Shown here: positions 20,373 to 29,862 of the stretch, in pieces
How positions within the stretch are numbered: position 1 is the first letter of the stretch
How the letters are laid out: each line of letters opens with the position of its first letter
The notes under the pieces: model-generated
The model's input: only the letters and a program-made list of their open reading frames with translations
Databases searched by the model: none
What the model was told of the DNA's origin: nothing
Source: an uncultured bacterium
GTDB lineage: Bacteria; Acidobacteriota; Thermoanaerobaculia; Multivoradales; JAHZIX01
Direction: 5' to 3'
Assembly: GCA_965368975.1 (NCBI GenBank)
Contig: CBDUPA010000010.1
Location: 160,001-224,000 of the forward strand
Length of the DNA: 64,000 bases
Position numbers and translations under genes: made by a program

Positions 20373-21028
20373 AGCGCGGCTACATCCTGGTCGAGGGACA
20401 GACCGAGGAAGCCTTCGTCAAGGAACTCCTTTCGCCCAGCCTCCTTCCGCAACTGTCCCTGCAACCGATCGTCATCACCACTAGCCGCGATCGAAAGGGT
20501 CTCAAATACCGCGGTGGCTCGACGAGTTTCGCCAAGATCAAGAGCCAGGTACACGCACTGCTAGGAGATCGGGCAGCTGCCGTGGTGACGACGATGATCG
20601 ACCTTTACGCCCTCCCCGAGGACTTTCCACAACTAGCTCAGGCTCCCAACAAGGCTTACGAGCGGGTCGAGTTCCTGGAAGCACAGTTCACGGCTTCGAT
20701 CAGCGATCATAGATTCGTGCCGTTCCTCATGCTGCACGAATTCGAAGCCCTGCTCCTCGCTTCACCTCAGCACCTGCAACAGAGGTTTCCCGAGCGCTCA
20801 GTGGAGCGCACAACTCAGACCTGGCTACAAAACGTAGAGTCCCCGGAAGAGATCAACGGTGGTCGGGATACACATCCTTCTGCCCGACTGCAAGACCTCG
20901 TACCAGAGTTTCGCAAGACACGTGATGGTCCTCTGATCGTGCAGCGAGTCGGCTTGAGAAAGCTACGGCAAAGCTGCCCTCACCTCGAACGCCGGCTCAC
21001 ACAGCTGGAAGCCCTCGGCGAGAAATAG
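20369..21028 (+). CDS. DUF4276-like (TOPRIM-fold) protein
   Basis: ATGA overlap with the ATPase; 'ILVEGQTEE', 'TTMIDLY', 'HEFEALL', 'PEEIN...HPS', 'CPH'. Confidence 0.75.
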   Translation: MKRGYILVEGQTEEAFVKELLSPSLLPQLSLQPIVITTSRDRKGLKYRGGSTSFAKIKSQVHALLGDRAAAVVTTMIDLYALPEDFPQLAQAPNKAYERVEFLEAQFTASISDHRFVPFLMLHEFEALLLASPQHLQQRFPERSVERTTQTWLQNVESPEEINGGRDTHPSARLQDLVPEFRKTRDGPLIVQRVGLRKLRQSCPHLERRLTQLEALGEK

Positions 21029-21034
21029 GCGGCC

Positions 21035-21430
21035 TCACTCAGCAGCCGCCAAGTCAGCGCTGAAGGCTCCGGCACCGCTCCAGGCCACCTGCAAGACGGC
21101 ACCGAGGACCGCGATCGGCAGCAGGATCGTGGGCTCGTCGCTCCAGTCGTGCACCATGTGCGCGTGGATGGCGACGGCCATGATGGCCAGCGACACGACG
21201 GCTCCGACGCGAGCGAAGAGCCCTAGCAGCAGCGACAGGCCGGCCAGCACCTCGAGTACCGGCACGACCGTGCCGAGAAGCTCAGGGAACGGAATGCCGG
21301 CACCTTCGAGAATGGGCTGCATCGGGGCCATGCCCAGCAGGTGCTGGGCGCCGATACCGATCAACGGCAACGACGCGATGACGCGAATGGCAGTCAAATG
21401 ACGAGCGGAACTGGTGGTGCGAAGACCCAT
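21035..21430 (-). CDS. DoxX family membrane protein
   Basis: 4 TM helices, 'EVLAGLSLLLGLFAR', 'GAGAFSAD'. Confidence 0.8.
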   Translation of the reverse strand: MGLRTTSSARHLTAIRVIASLPLIGIGAQHLLGMAPMQPILEGAGIPFPELLGTVVPVLEVLAGLSLLLGLFARVGAVVSLAIMAVAIHAHMVHDWSDEPTILLPIAVLGAVLQVAWSGAGAFSADLAAAE

Positions 21431-21495
21431 GGCAGGCTCCTTGGCGGGCGCTTGGACAGAAATGGAAGAGCGCGACGCAGCGGATGGCAGGAATT

Positions 21496-23889
21496 CTAGA
21501 TCAAGCGCGGGCGGAAGCCGTCGATGGTCTCCTCCACCAGCAGGAGATGGAAACCGCGGCGGGCCCCGAGCCTCACGAATCCCTGGTACCCCATGGACTT
21601 GTCGAGACCCAGCAGGCGGTTGCCCAAGCCCTGGTGCAGCTGGCCGCGATAGGCCTCGACGACCTCGGTGTCGAAGCTCGGAGCGATCAGAAAGGCTCCT
21701 CCGACGTCCCCGCGCTGCGTACGGGCTTGTTTGGCTTGCTTGATCGTCTCGAGCTCCGCGTGGAAGGTCGCGGTATCCATGCGCGGCAGGCGCCGAGCGA
21801 CGTGCAGCAGCTTGCCCTCTTCGTCTTGGGTCGCCAGGTCGAAGTAGTCACGCTCGGCACTGCCGGGGCGCTCCAGCTGGGTGTACAGACGCGCTTGTCG
21901 CACCAGCAACAGCCAGTCACCGAGATACTTCCAGCCGTCGGCTTGCTGACGCTCCACCAGTAGCCGCGGCAAGTCTTCGAGCATCCAGCGCAGGAACCGC
22001 GCCATGGGCCCTTGCTCGACTCCGGCCGGCCCGACGCTCGCCCGCCGTGGCGGCTGGAAGGCGAGGCGAAACAGCGGTGACGCCTCGGAGGTGAGACCGC
22101 CGGTCGCCTCGAAGGTACCGGTGAGCGTCGACGACGAGCCACTACCGCTACCGGACATCGCGGCGGCGGCGCGCTCGGGGGTCGCAACGACGTCCAGATC
22201 TGCGAAGGCCAGGGGATACCACGACGCCGGCGGCTCGAAACGCGGCGGCGTGACGCACGCGGTGATTCCCGGGGTGCGCAGCCAAGACGCCAGATTGTCC
22301 GGCTGCGATGCTGTCTGAGCTGTTGTTGTCAGAGTTGTTGCCGTCGGAGTCGGCATCGTCGGCCAGGCGCCGCTGAGCAGTACCATCTCGGTGCGCGCAC
22401 CGTCGAGCAGGATCAACCCGAAGGCGTCCTTGGCCAGCTGACCTCCGTTCAAGTGCACGACACCGCGAAAGCCCTGTCTCTGCAACTTACCAGCAAAGGC
22501 GGCCAGGTTGACCACCTCTGAATCCAGGTCTCGGTGCAGCGGCTCAGCCGGACGAAGCGCGCTGGCCAGCAAGCACACGAAAGCCTCGCCGTGGTCTGGC
22601 GGCGCCGCGTGCAGGCGCACCTCGCCGCGGTCCGGCAGCTCACCCTCGGGCTGAGCCTGGCCGCTCTCGACATCGACGACAGTCAACAAGACGCCTCTCT
22701 CGACCAGCAACAGGTACTTGTCGAAACGGGCAGCACCAGCGAAGGCAGGCGCGTGAAGAGGGGCTTCCAGGAGCTTCTTCAGGAAGTCGTCGCGCTCTTG
22801 GACGCCGGCAACCTGCACCGGCCACGATTCGACAAGGGCGCGAACCGCCTGGAAGCGGTTGCGTGCCTGTGGCGCCGAGAAGAAGTCAACCGGTACCGCC
22901 AGCACACGCGAAGGACTCGCCCCGTCCACCTCGGCAGAGCCCACCAGGCTGCCCTCAGCAACAGGACCTGCAGCCCCCGTGCGCGGCACCGCCCCAGCCA
23001 CGGAGGTGTCGTGATCTTGGCGGTCAAACCCCACGAGCCCCAAGCGCTGGCGCAGGTCGAAGGCCATCTCGCGCGCGGTGGCAAAGCGTGCCTCCCGGTC
23101 CTTGGCCAGGGCCTTGTGGACCCACGGGTCGAGCGCGGCCGGCAGGCGCGGGTCCCGCTCGGTCACCGGCACCGGTGGCCGAGCGAACATGGCGTTGATC
23201 AACTGTGCCAGGTTGTCGCCATCCCAAGGAAGCTGGCGGGAGACCAGCTGGTAGAAGACGACCGCCGCCGCGAATAAATCCGCGCGCCCGTCGACCGGCT
23301 CGCCCTGCAATTGCTCGGGCGAAGCGTAGCGCGGTGTCGCCAGGACCGAACCGGCCACGGTCTCGACCAGCGATCGGCCCTGCAGCCGAGCAATGCCAAA
23401 GTCGGTGACCTTGAGCTGCCCGCTGTCGAGCAGCATCAGGTTGGAGGGCTTGATATCCCGGTGCACCACACCCGCTGTATGCGCCGCCTCCAAGACGTCC
23501 AGGAGATCGAACAGGTGAGCCGCGGCGCGTGCCGGCGGCAAGGGCGCGTCGGCGTCGATCAGGGCTTCGAACGTGCGGCCTTCCAGCCACTCCATGACGA
23601 TGTAGAGCTGCCCGCTCACCTTGTCGACACGGTGGATCGTCGCTACCCCCGGATGGGATAGAGCTGCCGCCGCGCGCGCCTCCTGCAGGAAGCGCTTCGA
23701 GGCCTCGTCATCGCCGCCACCGCTGCTGCCTTGCTCGGCATCCGGCTTCAGGAACTTGATCGCCACCGGCCGATCGAGATTGATGTCGATCGCCCGGTAC
23801 ACCACTCCCATCGCTCCGGCGCCGGCCTGGCGTTCGATGCGATAGGGAAATTCCCGGCTGGCGCTGGGAAGCGAAGCTGCGGACGTCAT
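21496..23889 (-). CDS. Hanks-type Ser/Thr protein kinase with a long cytoplasmic C-terminal region
   Basis: GAGAMGVVY, VAIK, HRDIKPSN, DFGIA, YASPEQ, RADLF; no TM segment. Confidence 0.9.
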   Translation of the reverse strand: MTSAASLPSASREFPYRIERQAGAGAMGVVYRAIDINLDRPVAIKFLKPDAEQGSSGGGDDEASKRFLQEARAAAALSHPGVATIHRVDKVSGQLYIVMEWLEGRTFEALIDADAPLPPARAAAHLFDLLDVLEAAHTAGVVHRDIKPSNLMLLDSGQLKVTDFGIARLQGRSLVETVAGSVLATPRYASPEQLQGEPVDGRADLFAAAVVFYQLVSRQLPWDGDNLAQLINAMFARPPVPVTERDPRLPAALDPWVHKALAKDREARFATAREMAFDLRQRLGLVGFDRQDHDTSVAGAVPRTGAAGPVAEGSLVGSAEVDGASPSRVLAVPVDFFSAPQARNRFQAVRALVESWPVQVAGVQERDDFLKKLLEAPLHAPAFAGAARFDKYLLLVERGVLLTVVDVESGQAQPEGELPDRGEVRLHAAPPDHGEAFVCLLASALRPAEPLHRDLDSEVVNLAAFAGKLQRQGFRGVVHLNGGQLAKDAFGLILLDGARTEMVLLSGAWPTMPTPTATTLTTTAQTASQPDNLASWLRTPGITACVTPPRFEPPASWYPLAFADLDVVATPERAAAAMSGSGSGSSSTLTGTFEATGGLTSEASPLFRLAFQPPRRASVGPAGVEQGPMARFLRWMLEDLPRLLVERQQADGWKYLGDWLLLVRQARLYTQLERPGSAERDYFDLATQDEEGKLLHVARRLPRMDTATFHAELETIKQAKQARTQRGDVGGAFLIAPSFDTEVVEAYRGQLHQGLGNRLLGLDKSMGYQGFVRLGARRGFHLLLVEETIDGFRPRLI

Positions 23890-24125
23890 ACTCTGGGCTC
23901 CTGTTGGGCTCTTGAACTCGGCGTTCGAGGGTCTAGGGTCAACCGGACCCTCGCACAGCGAGGATTGTAGCGGGTTCCGCCCTAGGTACAATACGCGGCT
24001 AGTGCAGCAAAGGATGTGCTGCCATCTTCCCCTCTAACGAGTTTCTCGGCTATACTCCAGAGGTCTTTCGAGACACATTTTATGTTTGGGTTGTTTGAAC
24101 CCGCCGGATTTCTAGAGGACATGCC

Positions 24126-24788
24126 ATGCCCGACTCGGTCGACCCGACCGGGGAAGCGGTCGTTCGTCCACATTCCGGTGGACCCTCCCCCAGCGAGAAT
24201 CCGGCACGCCGCAGCGCGCTGACCTGGCTTTCGAGCCTCGGTCTGATCGCGGCCCTGGCGGCTGCCTACGGCACCTTCGCAGCTTTCCTGGCACGCTTCG
24301 TCTACCCCGCGCGGCCTCCGGCGAAAGGCTGGATGTACGTCACGCGCGCCTCCCGGCTCGAGAGTGGCACGTCGCTTCTCTACCGTACTCCCGCGGGCGC
24401 CACCGTCACGCTAGCGCGCAAGAAGGTAGACGCCGGCACGTTCAGCGAAAGCACCGACGACGCCTTTATCGCACTCTCCAGCACCTGCCCGCACCTCGGC
24501 TGTCAGGTCCACTGGCAACCGGTGCACGACCGCTTCTTCTGCCCCTGCCACAACGGCATCTTCGATCCGCAGGGAACCGCGATCTCCGGTCCGCCGGCGG
24601 AAGCCGGGCAATCTCTGCCACGCTATGCGCTGAAGGTCGAGGACGACCTGCTGTACATCGAAGTGCCGATGGACGAGCTGGCCATGGGGCCGGGCGAGAT
24701 CCTGGAGCCACCGCCGATGTGCCCGGGGCCGGGGCACGATCCGTGCTTGCAGCCACCGACGCTGCGCCCCCGGGTCGAGGAAGCCTGA
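24126..24788 (+). CDS. Rieske 2Fe-2S subunit of a Rieske/cytochrome b complex
   Basis: Tat-like 'RRSALTW' plus TM helix; CPHLGC and CPCHNG boxes; 'SGPP...LPRY'. Confidence 0.92.
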   Translation: MPDSVDPTGEAVVRPHSGGPSPSENPARRSALTWLSSLGLIAALAAAYGTFAAFLARFVYPARPPAKGWMYVTRASRLESGTSLLYRTPAGATVTLARKKVDAGTFSESTDDAFIALSSTCPHLGCQVHWQPVHDRFFCPCHNGIFDPQGTAISGPPAEAGQSLPRYALKVEDDLLYIEVPMDELAMGPGEILEPPPMCPGPGHDPCLQPPTLRPRVEEA

Positions 24789-24792
24789 AGCC

Positions 24793-25839
24793 ATGAAGGT
24801 CCTGACCTGGTTCCAAGATCGCCTGCCGATCTCCGGCGAACAACTGCGCGAGCTGACCAACGAACCTGTCCCCAACCACATGAAGCGCTGGTGGTTCGCG
24901 CTCGGCGGCACACCGGCCTATCTGTTCGTTGTCCAGGTCGTTACCGGCATCCTGCTCGCCATCTACTACAAGCCATCGCCGGAAACAGCCTACGAGTCGG
25001 TGCGCTACATCACCGAAGAAGCTTCTTACGGCTGGTTGCTTCGCGGCATCCACAAGTGGGGCGCGACGCTGATGATCGCAGCGGTGATCCTGCACCAGAT
25101 GCGGGTCTTCTTCACCGGCGCCTACCGCAAGCCGCGCGAGATCAACTGGATCATCGGCATGAGCTTGCTGTCGTGCACACTGGTTCTCGGCTTCACCGGC
25201 TACTGCCTGGTGTACGAACAGCTGAGTTACTGGGGCGCGGCCGTGGGCGCCAACATCGCCGGCAGCGTGCCGTTCGTCGGCGAACTGGCCAAGGAACTCC
25301 TGCTCGGCGGTGAGGTCTACAACGCCAACACCCTGCCGCGCTTCTTCGTGCTACACGCGGCCGTGCTGCCCGGCATCCTGGTGCTCTTGATCCTGATCCA
25401 CATCGCGATCATCCGCATGCAGGGCGTCAGTGAGCTGCGCTTCGCTGACCAGCCCGAGGACAAGCCGAAGCACTTCAACTTCTTCCCCGATCACATGATG
25501 AGCGAGCTGATGATCGGCCTGGTGCTGATGATCCTGCTCACGTTCTTGGCGACCGTCGCGCCGCCCATCCTGGGCCCCCGCGCCGATCCACTGACCACGC
25601 CCGAGATCATCAAGCCGGAGTGGTTCTTCTACGTCACCTTCCGCTGGCTGAAACTGTTCTCCGGCACCGTGGCCATCCTCTCGACCGGCTTCATCGTCTT
25701 CGTCATGTTCGCCTGGCCCTTCATCGACCAGCAGATCCGCCGCCGTACGCGCTATCAGGAAGCCAGCGTGTGGATCGGCATCCTGGCTGTCCTGACACTC
25801 ATCGGCCTGACCCTATGGGAGGCCATCGCGGCCCACTGA
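24793..25839 (+). CDS. Cytochrome b (b6-like N-part fused to a subunit IV-like part)
   Basis: Four heme-b His (IHKW, LHQM, LHAA, IHIA), GAYRKPREINW, Qo motif KPEWF. Confidence 0.92.
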   Translation: MKVLTWFQDRLPISGEQLRELTNEPVPNHMKRWWFALGGTPAYLFVVQVVTGILLAIYYKPSPETAYESVRYITEEASYGWLLRGIHKWGATLMIAAVILHQMRVFFTGAYRKPREINWIIGMSLLSCTLVLGFTGYCLVYEQLSYWGAAVGANIAGSVPFVGELAKELLLGGEVYNANTLPRFFVLHAAVLPGILVLLILIHIAIIRMQGVSELRFADQPEDKPKHFNFFPDHMMSELMIGLVLMILLTFLATVAPPILGPRADPLTTPEIIKPEWFFYVTFRWLKLFSGTVAILSTGFIVFVMFAWPFIDQQIRRRTRYQEASVWIGILAVLTLIGLTLWEAIAAH

Positions 25840-25857
25840 GGCCCGTGAGGAAAACTC

Positions 25858-27495
25858 ATGACCCTAGAGCAAAAGCGTTGGATTCTCATTGCCCTGTCCC
25901 TGCTGTTTCTAGTCTCGCTGCTGATCGTCCAGAAACTGGAGGTCGAGCGGCGGCTGGCCGAGGCAGGAGTGACGTCTCATGCGGTAGCCGTTCCTGCTTC
26001 GTCGCGTCAGTGCGTCGACTGCCACGCTAAGTCGAACCCCGGCATCGCCGACCACTGGCGCGGTAGCCCGCACGCGGTGGCCGGCGTCGCCTGCGTCGAG
26101 TGTCACCAAGCCCAGACCGGGGACGCCGATGGCTTCGACCATTACGGAGTGCACATCGCCACCGTCGTGACGCCGCGCGACTGCGCCACCTGCCACGTCG
26201 ACGTCGGTGCCGAGTTCGAGCGCAGCCATCACGCGGCCGCTGGCAACATCCTGGCCTCGCTGGACAACTTCCTGGCCGAGACGGTCGAGGGCGCGCGCGC
26301 GCCGTTCAACCCACACAGTCCGACGCCAGGCATGGTCGTCGACCAGGTCAACGGCTTGGCCAGTGCCTTCTCGGGCTGCCAACAGTGCCACGGCAGCAAG
26401 GTCGCGCTGGTCGCCGTCGACGGTGAACCGATCACTGTCGACGACCTGCAGCCGGGACCGGACGGTCAGCCGACCAACCTCGACGCCGTCGGACGCATCG
26501 CACGAGACGACAGTGGACGCCCCCGGTTCCATCCGGGAACCTGGCCCAACACCGGTATCGGCCGGCTCAACCTGGATGGCTCGCGCGGCTCCTGCAGCGC
26601 CTGCCACAGTCGTCACGACTTCTCGCCGCGGCGCGCCCGCCAGCCCGAGAACTGCGGCAAGTGTCACCTGGGTCCGGACCATCCACAGAAGGAAATCTAC
26701 GAAGAATCCAAGCATGGCGTCGCCTATCGTGATCTGCGCGAGCACATGAATTTGGACGCCCCGGACTGGGTGCTGGGCGAGGACTACAGTCAGGCACCGA
26801 CCTGCGCCACCTGCCACATGTCCGGCCACAGCCGCAACGGCGGCAAGGTGACCCACGATCCCGGCGAGCGCATCTCGTGGACCAACCGGCCACCGATCAG
26901 CCTGGTCATGGACACCGACGTCAACGGCAGCATCGTCACCAGCCTGGACCCGGCCGAGCGGCAAGCGCTGATCGTAGATACAGCCCAGCAGAAGCGTCAG
27001 CGCATGAAGGACGTCTGCTCACACTGCCACACGCCGGACTACGTCAACTCCTTCTATCGCCAGTACGACGACCTGGTGGTGCTGTACAACGAGAAGTTCG
27101 CCAAGTCGGGACAGGCGATCATCAACGCGCTCAAGAACGAGGGCCTGCTGACACCGACCCAGTTCGACGAAGAGATCGAGTGGACCTGGTTCTACCTATG
27201 GCATCACGAGGGGCGCAGGGCACGCCACGGTGCCTCGATGATGGCACCGGACTACACCCACTGGCACGGCATGTTCGAGGTCGCCGAACGCTTCTACATG
27301 GAGCTGATTCCACAGGCGCGCGAGCTGATCTCGCACGGACGCGACCACGGTCAGGCCGCTGCTGCGGCGCGCGTCGAGACGGTGGTCAACGGCATCCTCG
27401 CTCGTCCCGAGCACACCTGGTTCGAAGAGGGTGCGGCCGAGCAAATGGCAGCCATTCGGGCCGCCATGGAAGAACGTTACGGGCAGGGAGACTGA
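25858..27495 (+). CDS. Membrane-anchored octaheme cytochrome c, hydroxylamine oxidoreductase (HAO) family
   Basis: N-terminal TM; 8 CxxCH (CVDCH, CVECH, CATCH, CQQCH, CSACH, CGKCH, CATCH, CSHCH); 'WPNTGIGRLNLDG', 'HLGPDHPQ..IY.ESKHG', 'WHHEGRRAR..MMAPDYTHWHG'. Confidence 0.87.
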   Translation: MTLEQKRWILIALSLLFLVSLLIVQKLEVERRLAEAGVTSHAVAVPASSRQCVDCHAKSNPGIADHWRGSPHAVAGVACVECHQAQTGDADGFDHYGVHIATVVTPRDCATCHVDVGAEFERSHHAAAGNILASLDNFLAETVEGARAPFNPHSPTPGMVVDQVNGLASAFSGCQQCHGSKVALVAVDGEPITVDDLQPGPDGQPTNLDAVGRIARDDSGRPRFHPGTWPNTGIGRLNLDGSRGSCSACHSRHDFSPRRARQPENCGKCHLGPDHPQKEIYEESKHGVAYRDLREHMNLDAPDWVLGEDYSQAPTCATCHMSGHSRNGGKVTHDPGERISWTNRPPISLVMDTDVNGSIVTSLDPAERQALIVDTAQQKRQRMKDVCSHCHTPDYVNSFYRQYDDLVVLYNEKFAKSGQAIINALKNEGLLTPTQFDEEIEWTWFYLWHHEGRRARHGASMMAPDYTHWHGMFEVAERFYMELIPQARELISHGRDHGQAAAAARVETVVNGILARPEHTWFEEGAAEQMAAIRAAMEERYGQGD

Positions 27496-27504
27496 GGTGA
27501 GATC

Positions 27505-29862
27505 ATGAGTATCGATCGACGTAGCTTCCTGAAAGTCTTGGGATCCGCCGTCCCGGTTGCCGCACTCTCGTGCCGCGACCAGGAAGAAGTCGAACGGCTG
27601 GCAGCGCAAGACGGCAGCGCGCAAATCTCCGGCGACGGCGTCACCTGGGGCAAGGCACCGTGCCGCTACTGCGGTACCGGCTGTGGTGTCGAAGTGGCGG
27701 TCAAGGACCAACGCGTAGTCGCCGTGCGCGGCGACGAGAAGAGCCCGGTCAACCGCGGCTTGCTGTGCGTCAAGGGCTATCACTTGCCAGGCTTCCTCTA
27801 CGGCGAAGACCGCTTGCTCTACCCCATGCGCCGTCTCCCAGGCGGCAAGACCGAGCGCTTGAGCTGGGAGCAGGCCCTGGACCTGATCGCCGACAAGTTC
27901 CAAGGCGCCCTCGACCAGCACGGTCCGGACTCCGTGGCGGTCTACGGCTCCGGCCAGTGGACGGTCTTCGACGGCTATGCCGCCCTCAAGTGGGTCAAGG
28001 GCGGCATGCGCAGCAACAATCTCGACCCCAATGCCCGCCTGTGTATGGCCAGCGCCGTCATGGGCTTCGTCACACAGTTCCAGAGCGACGAGCCAATGGG
28101 CTGCTACGACGATTTCGAGCATGGTGACGACTTCGTGCTCTGGGGCAACAACATGGCCGAGATGCACCCGGTCCTGTTCAGCCGCATCCTCGACACGCAG
28201 CGCAAGCGCCCGGGCGTGCGCATCATCGACATCGCGACGCGGCGCACACCGACCAGCCAGTACGCGGACCTCTACGTCGAATTCCGTCCCGGCACCGACC
28301 TGGCCCTGGCCAACGGCATCCTGCACTTGCTGATCGCCAATGGCAAAGTCGACCAGGCGTTCGTGCGTGAGAACCTGGTTTTCCGCCGGGGCATCGAGGA
28401 TCTCGACGAGATCGGGTACGGCTGCTACGGCGACAACGCCGATCGCTACACCTTCAAGGACCGTGCTGAGGAAGCCTCCTTCGACGAGTTGAAGGCCTTC
28501 CTGGACGACTACACCCCGGCACGCGTGGCCGAGATCAGCGGCGTTCCCGAGGCACAGATCCGTGCCCTGGCCGACCTGTACGGCGACCGCGGGCGCGGCA
28601 CCGTCAGCCTTTGGTGCATGGGAGTCAACCAGCACACCCGTGGCACCTGGATGAACAATCTGATCACCGACCTGCATCTGGTGACCGGCAAGATCAGCCG
28701 TCCGGGGAACAACCCCTTCAGCCTCACGGGTCAGCCCTCGGCCTGCGGCACGGTGCGCGAGGTCGGCACCCTGGCCAACCGCCTACCGGCCGACATGGTC
28801 GTCAACAAGCCCGAGCACCGTGCCGAAGTGGAGAAGGCCTGGGGCCTCGAACCCGGCAGCCTGAATCCGACTCCCGGCTACCACGCCGTCGACATGTTCC
28901 GGGCCCTCCAACGCGGCGACGTCAAAGCGATGTGGATCCAGACCACCAACCCCTGGGTCAGCCTGCCCAACCTGCACCGCTTCGACCGTCAGCCCGGCGA
29001 CGGTCGCTTCGTCGTCGTCAGCGACATCTACCCGACGCCCACCACCGCCGTCGCCGATCTGGTGCTGCCATCCGCCGCTTGGGTCGAGCGCGAAGGCGTC
29101 TTCGGCAACAGTGAGCGGCGCACACAGCAGTGGAACCAGCTGGTGCCGCCGCCGGGGGAAGCCACGGAAGACGCCTGGCAGATGATCGAGGTCGCCAAGC
29201 GCATGGGCATGGGGCACCTGTTCCCGTGGTCCGAAGACGAGTGGCACGAGAAGATGTGGGAAGAGTACCGGGGCTTCACCGTCAACAAGGGCAAGGATCT
29301 GGCCACCTACACGCAGCTGCGCGAATCGCGGGGGCTGCGCTGGCCGGTGGTCGATGGCCAGGAAACCCTCTACCGCTACGGTGCCGGCTACGACCCCTAT
29401 GTCGAAAAGGACGAGGGCGTGCACTTCTACAAAGCCAAAGGCTACGGCCAGCGCGCCGCCGTCTGGCTGCGCCCGTACCACCCACCAGCCGAAGTGCCCG
29501 ACGACGAGTACCCCTTCTGGCTGTGCACCGGCCGCATCCTCGAGCACTGGCACACGGGCTCGATGACTCGCCGCGTGCCGCAGTTGCATCGCGCCGCGCC
29601 GGAAGCCTACGCCGAACTCAACCGCGCCGACGCCATTGAGCTCGGCGTCCAGCACGGTGGTCGCATTCGCCTGGTCAGCCGCCGCGGCTCCATGGAGCTA
29701 CGCGCCCACATCGACCAGCGTGGCCAGCCCCCCCGTGGCAGCGTCTTCGTGCCGTTCTTCGACGAGAGTCTGAAGATCAACGAGCTGACCCTTGACGCCA
29801 TGGACAACATCAGCAAGGAGCCGGACTACAAGAAGTGCGCCGTCCGGGTAGAAAGAGCATGA
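27505..29862 (+). CDS. napA: Periplasmic nitrate reductase catalytic subunit
   Basis: Tat signal DRRSFLK; CRYCGTGC...C 4Fe-4S motif; NARLCMASA; DEPMGCYDD; NMAEMHP; GQPSACG; EHWH; PDYKKCAV. Confidence 0.93.
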   Translation: MSIDRRSFLKVLGSAVPVAALSCRDQEEVERLAAQDGSAQISGDGVTWGKAPCRYCGTGCGVEVAVKDQRVVAVRGDEKSPVNRGLLCVKGYHLPGFLYGEDRLLYPMRRLPGGKTERLSWEQALDLIADKFQGALDQHGPDSVAVYGSGQWTVFDGYAALKWVKGGMRSNNLDPNARLCMASAVMGFVTQFQSDEPMGCYDDFEHGDDFVLWGNNMAEMHPVLFSRILDTQRKRPGVRIIDIATRRTPTSQYADLYVEFRPGTDLALANGILHLLIANGKVDQAFVRENLVFRRGIEDLDEIGYGCYGDNADRYTFKDRAEEASFDELKAFLDDYTPARVAEISGVPEAQIRALADLYGDRGRGTVSLWCMGVNQHTRGTWMNNLITDLHLVTGKISRPGNNPFSLTGQPSACGTVREVGTLANRLPADMVVNKPEHRAEVEKAWGLEPGSLNPTPGYHAVDMFRALQRGDVKAMWIQTTNPWVSLPNLHRFDRQPGDGRFVVVSDIYPTPTTAVADLVLPSAAWVEREGVFGNSERRTQQWNQLVPPPGEATEDAWQMIEVAKRMGMGHLFPWSEDEWHEKMWEEYRGFTVNKGKDLATYTQLRESRGLRWPVVDGQETLYRYGAGYDPYVEKDEGVHFYKAKGYGQRAAVWLRPYHPPAEVPDDEYPFWLCTGRILEHWHTGSMTRRVPQLHRAAPEAYAELNRADAIELGVQHGGRIRLVSRRGSMELRAHIDQRGQPPRGSVFVPFFDESLKINELTLDAMDNISKEPDYKKCAVRVERA

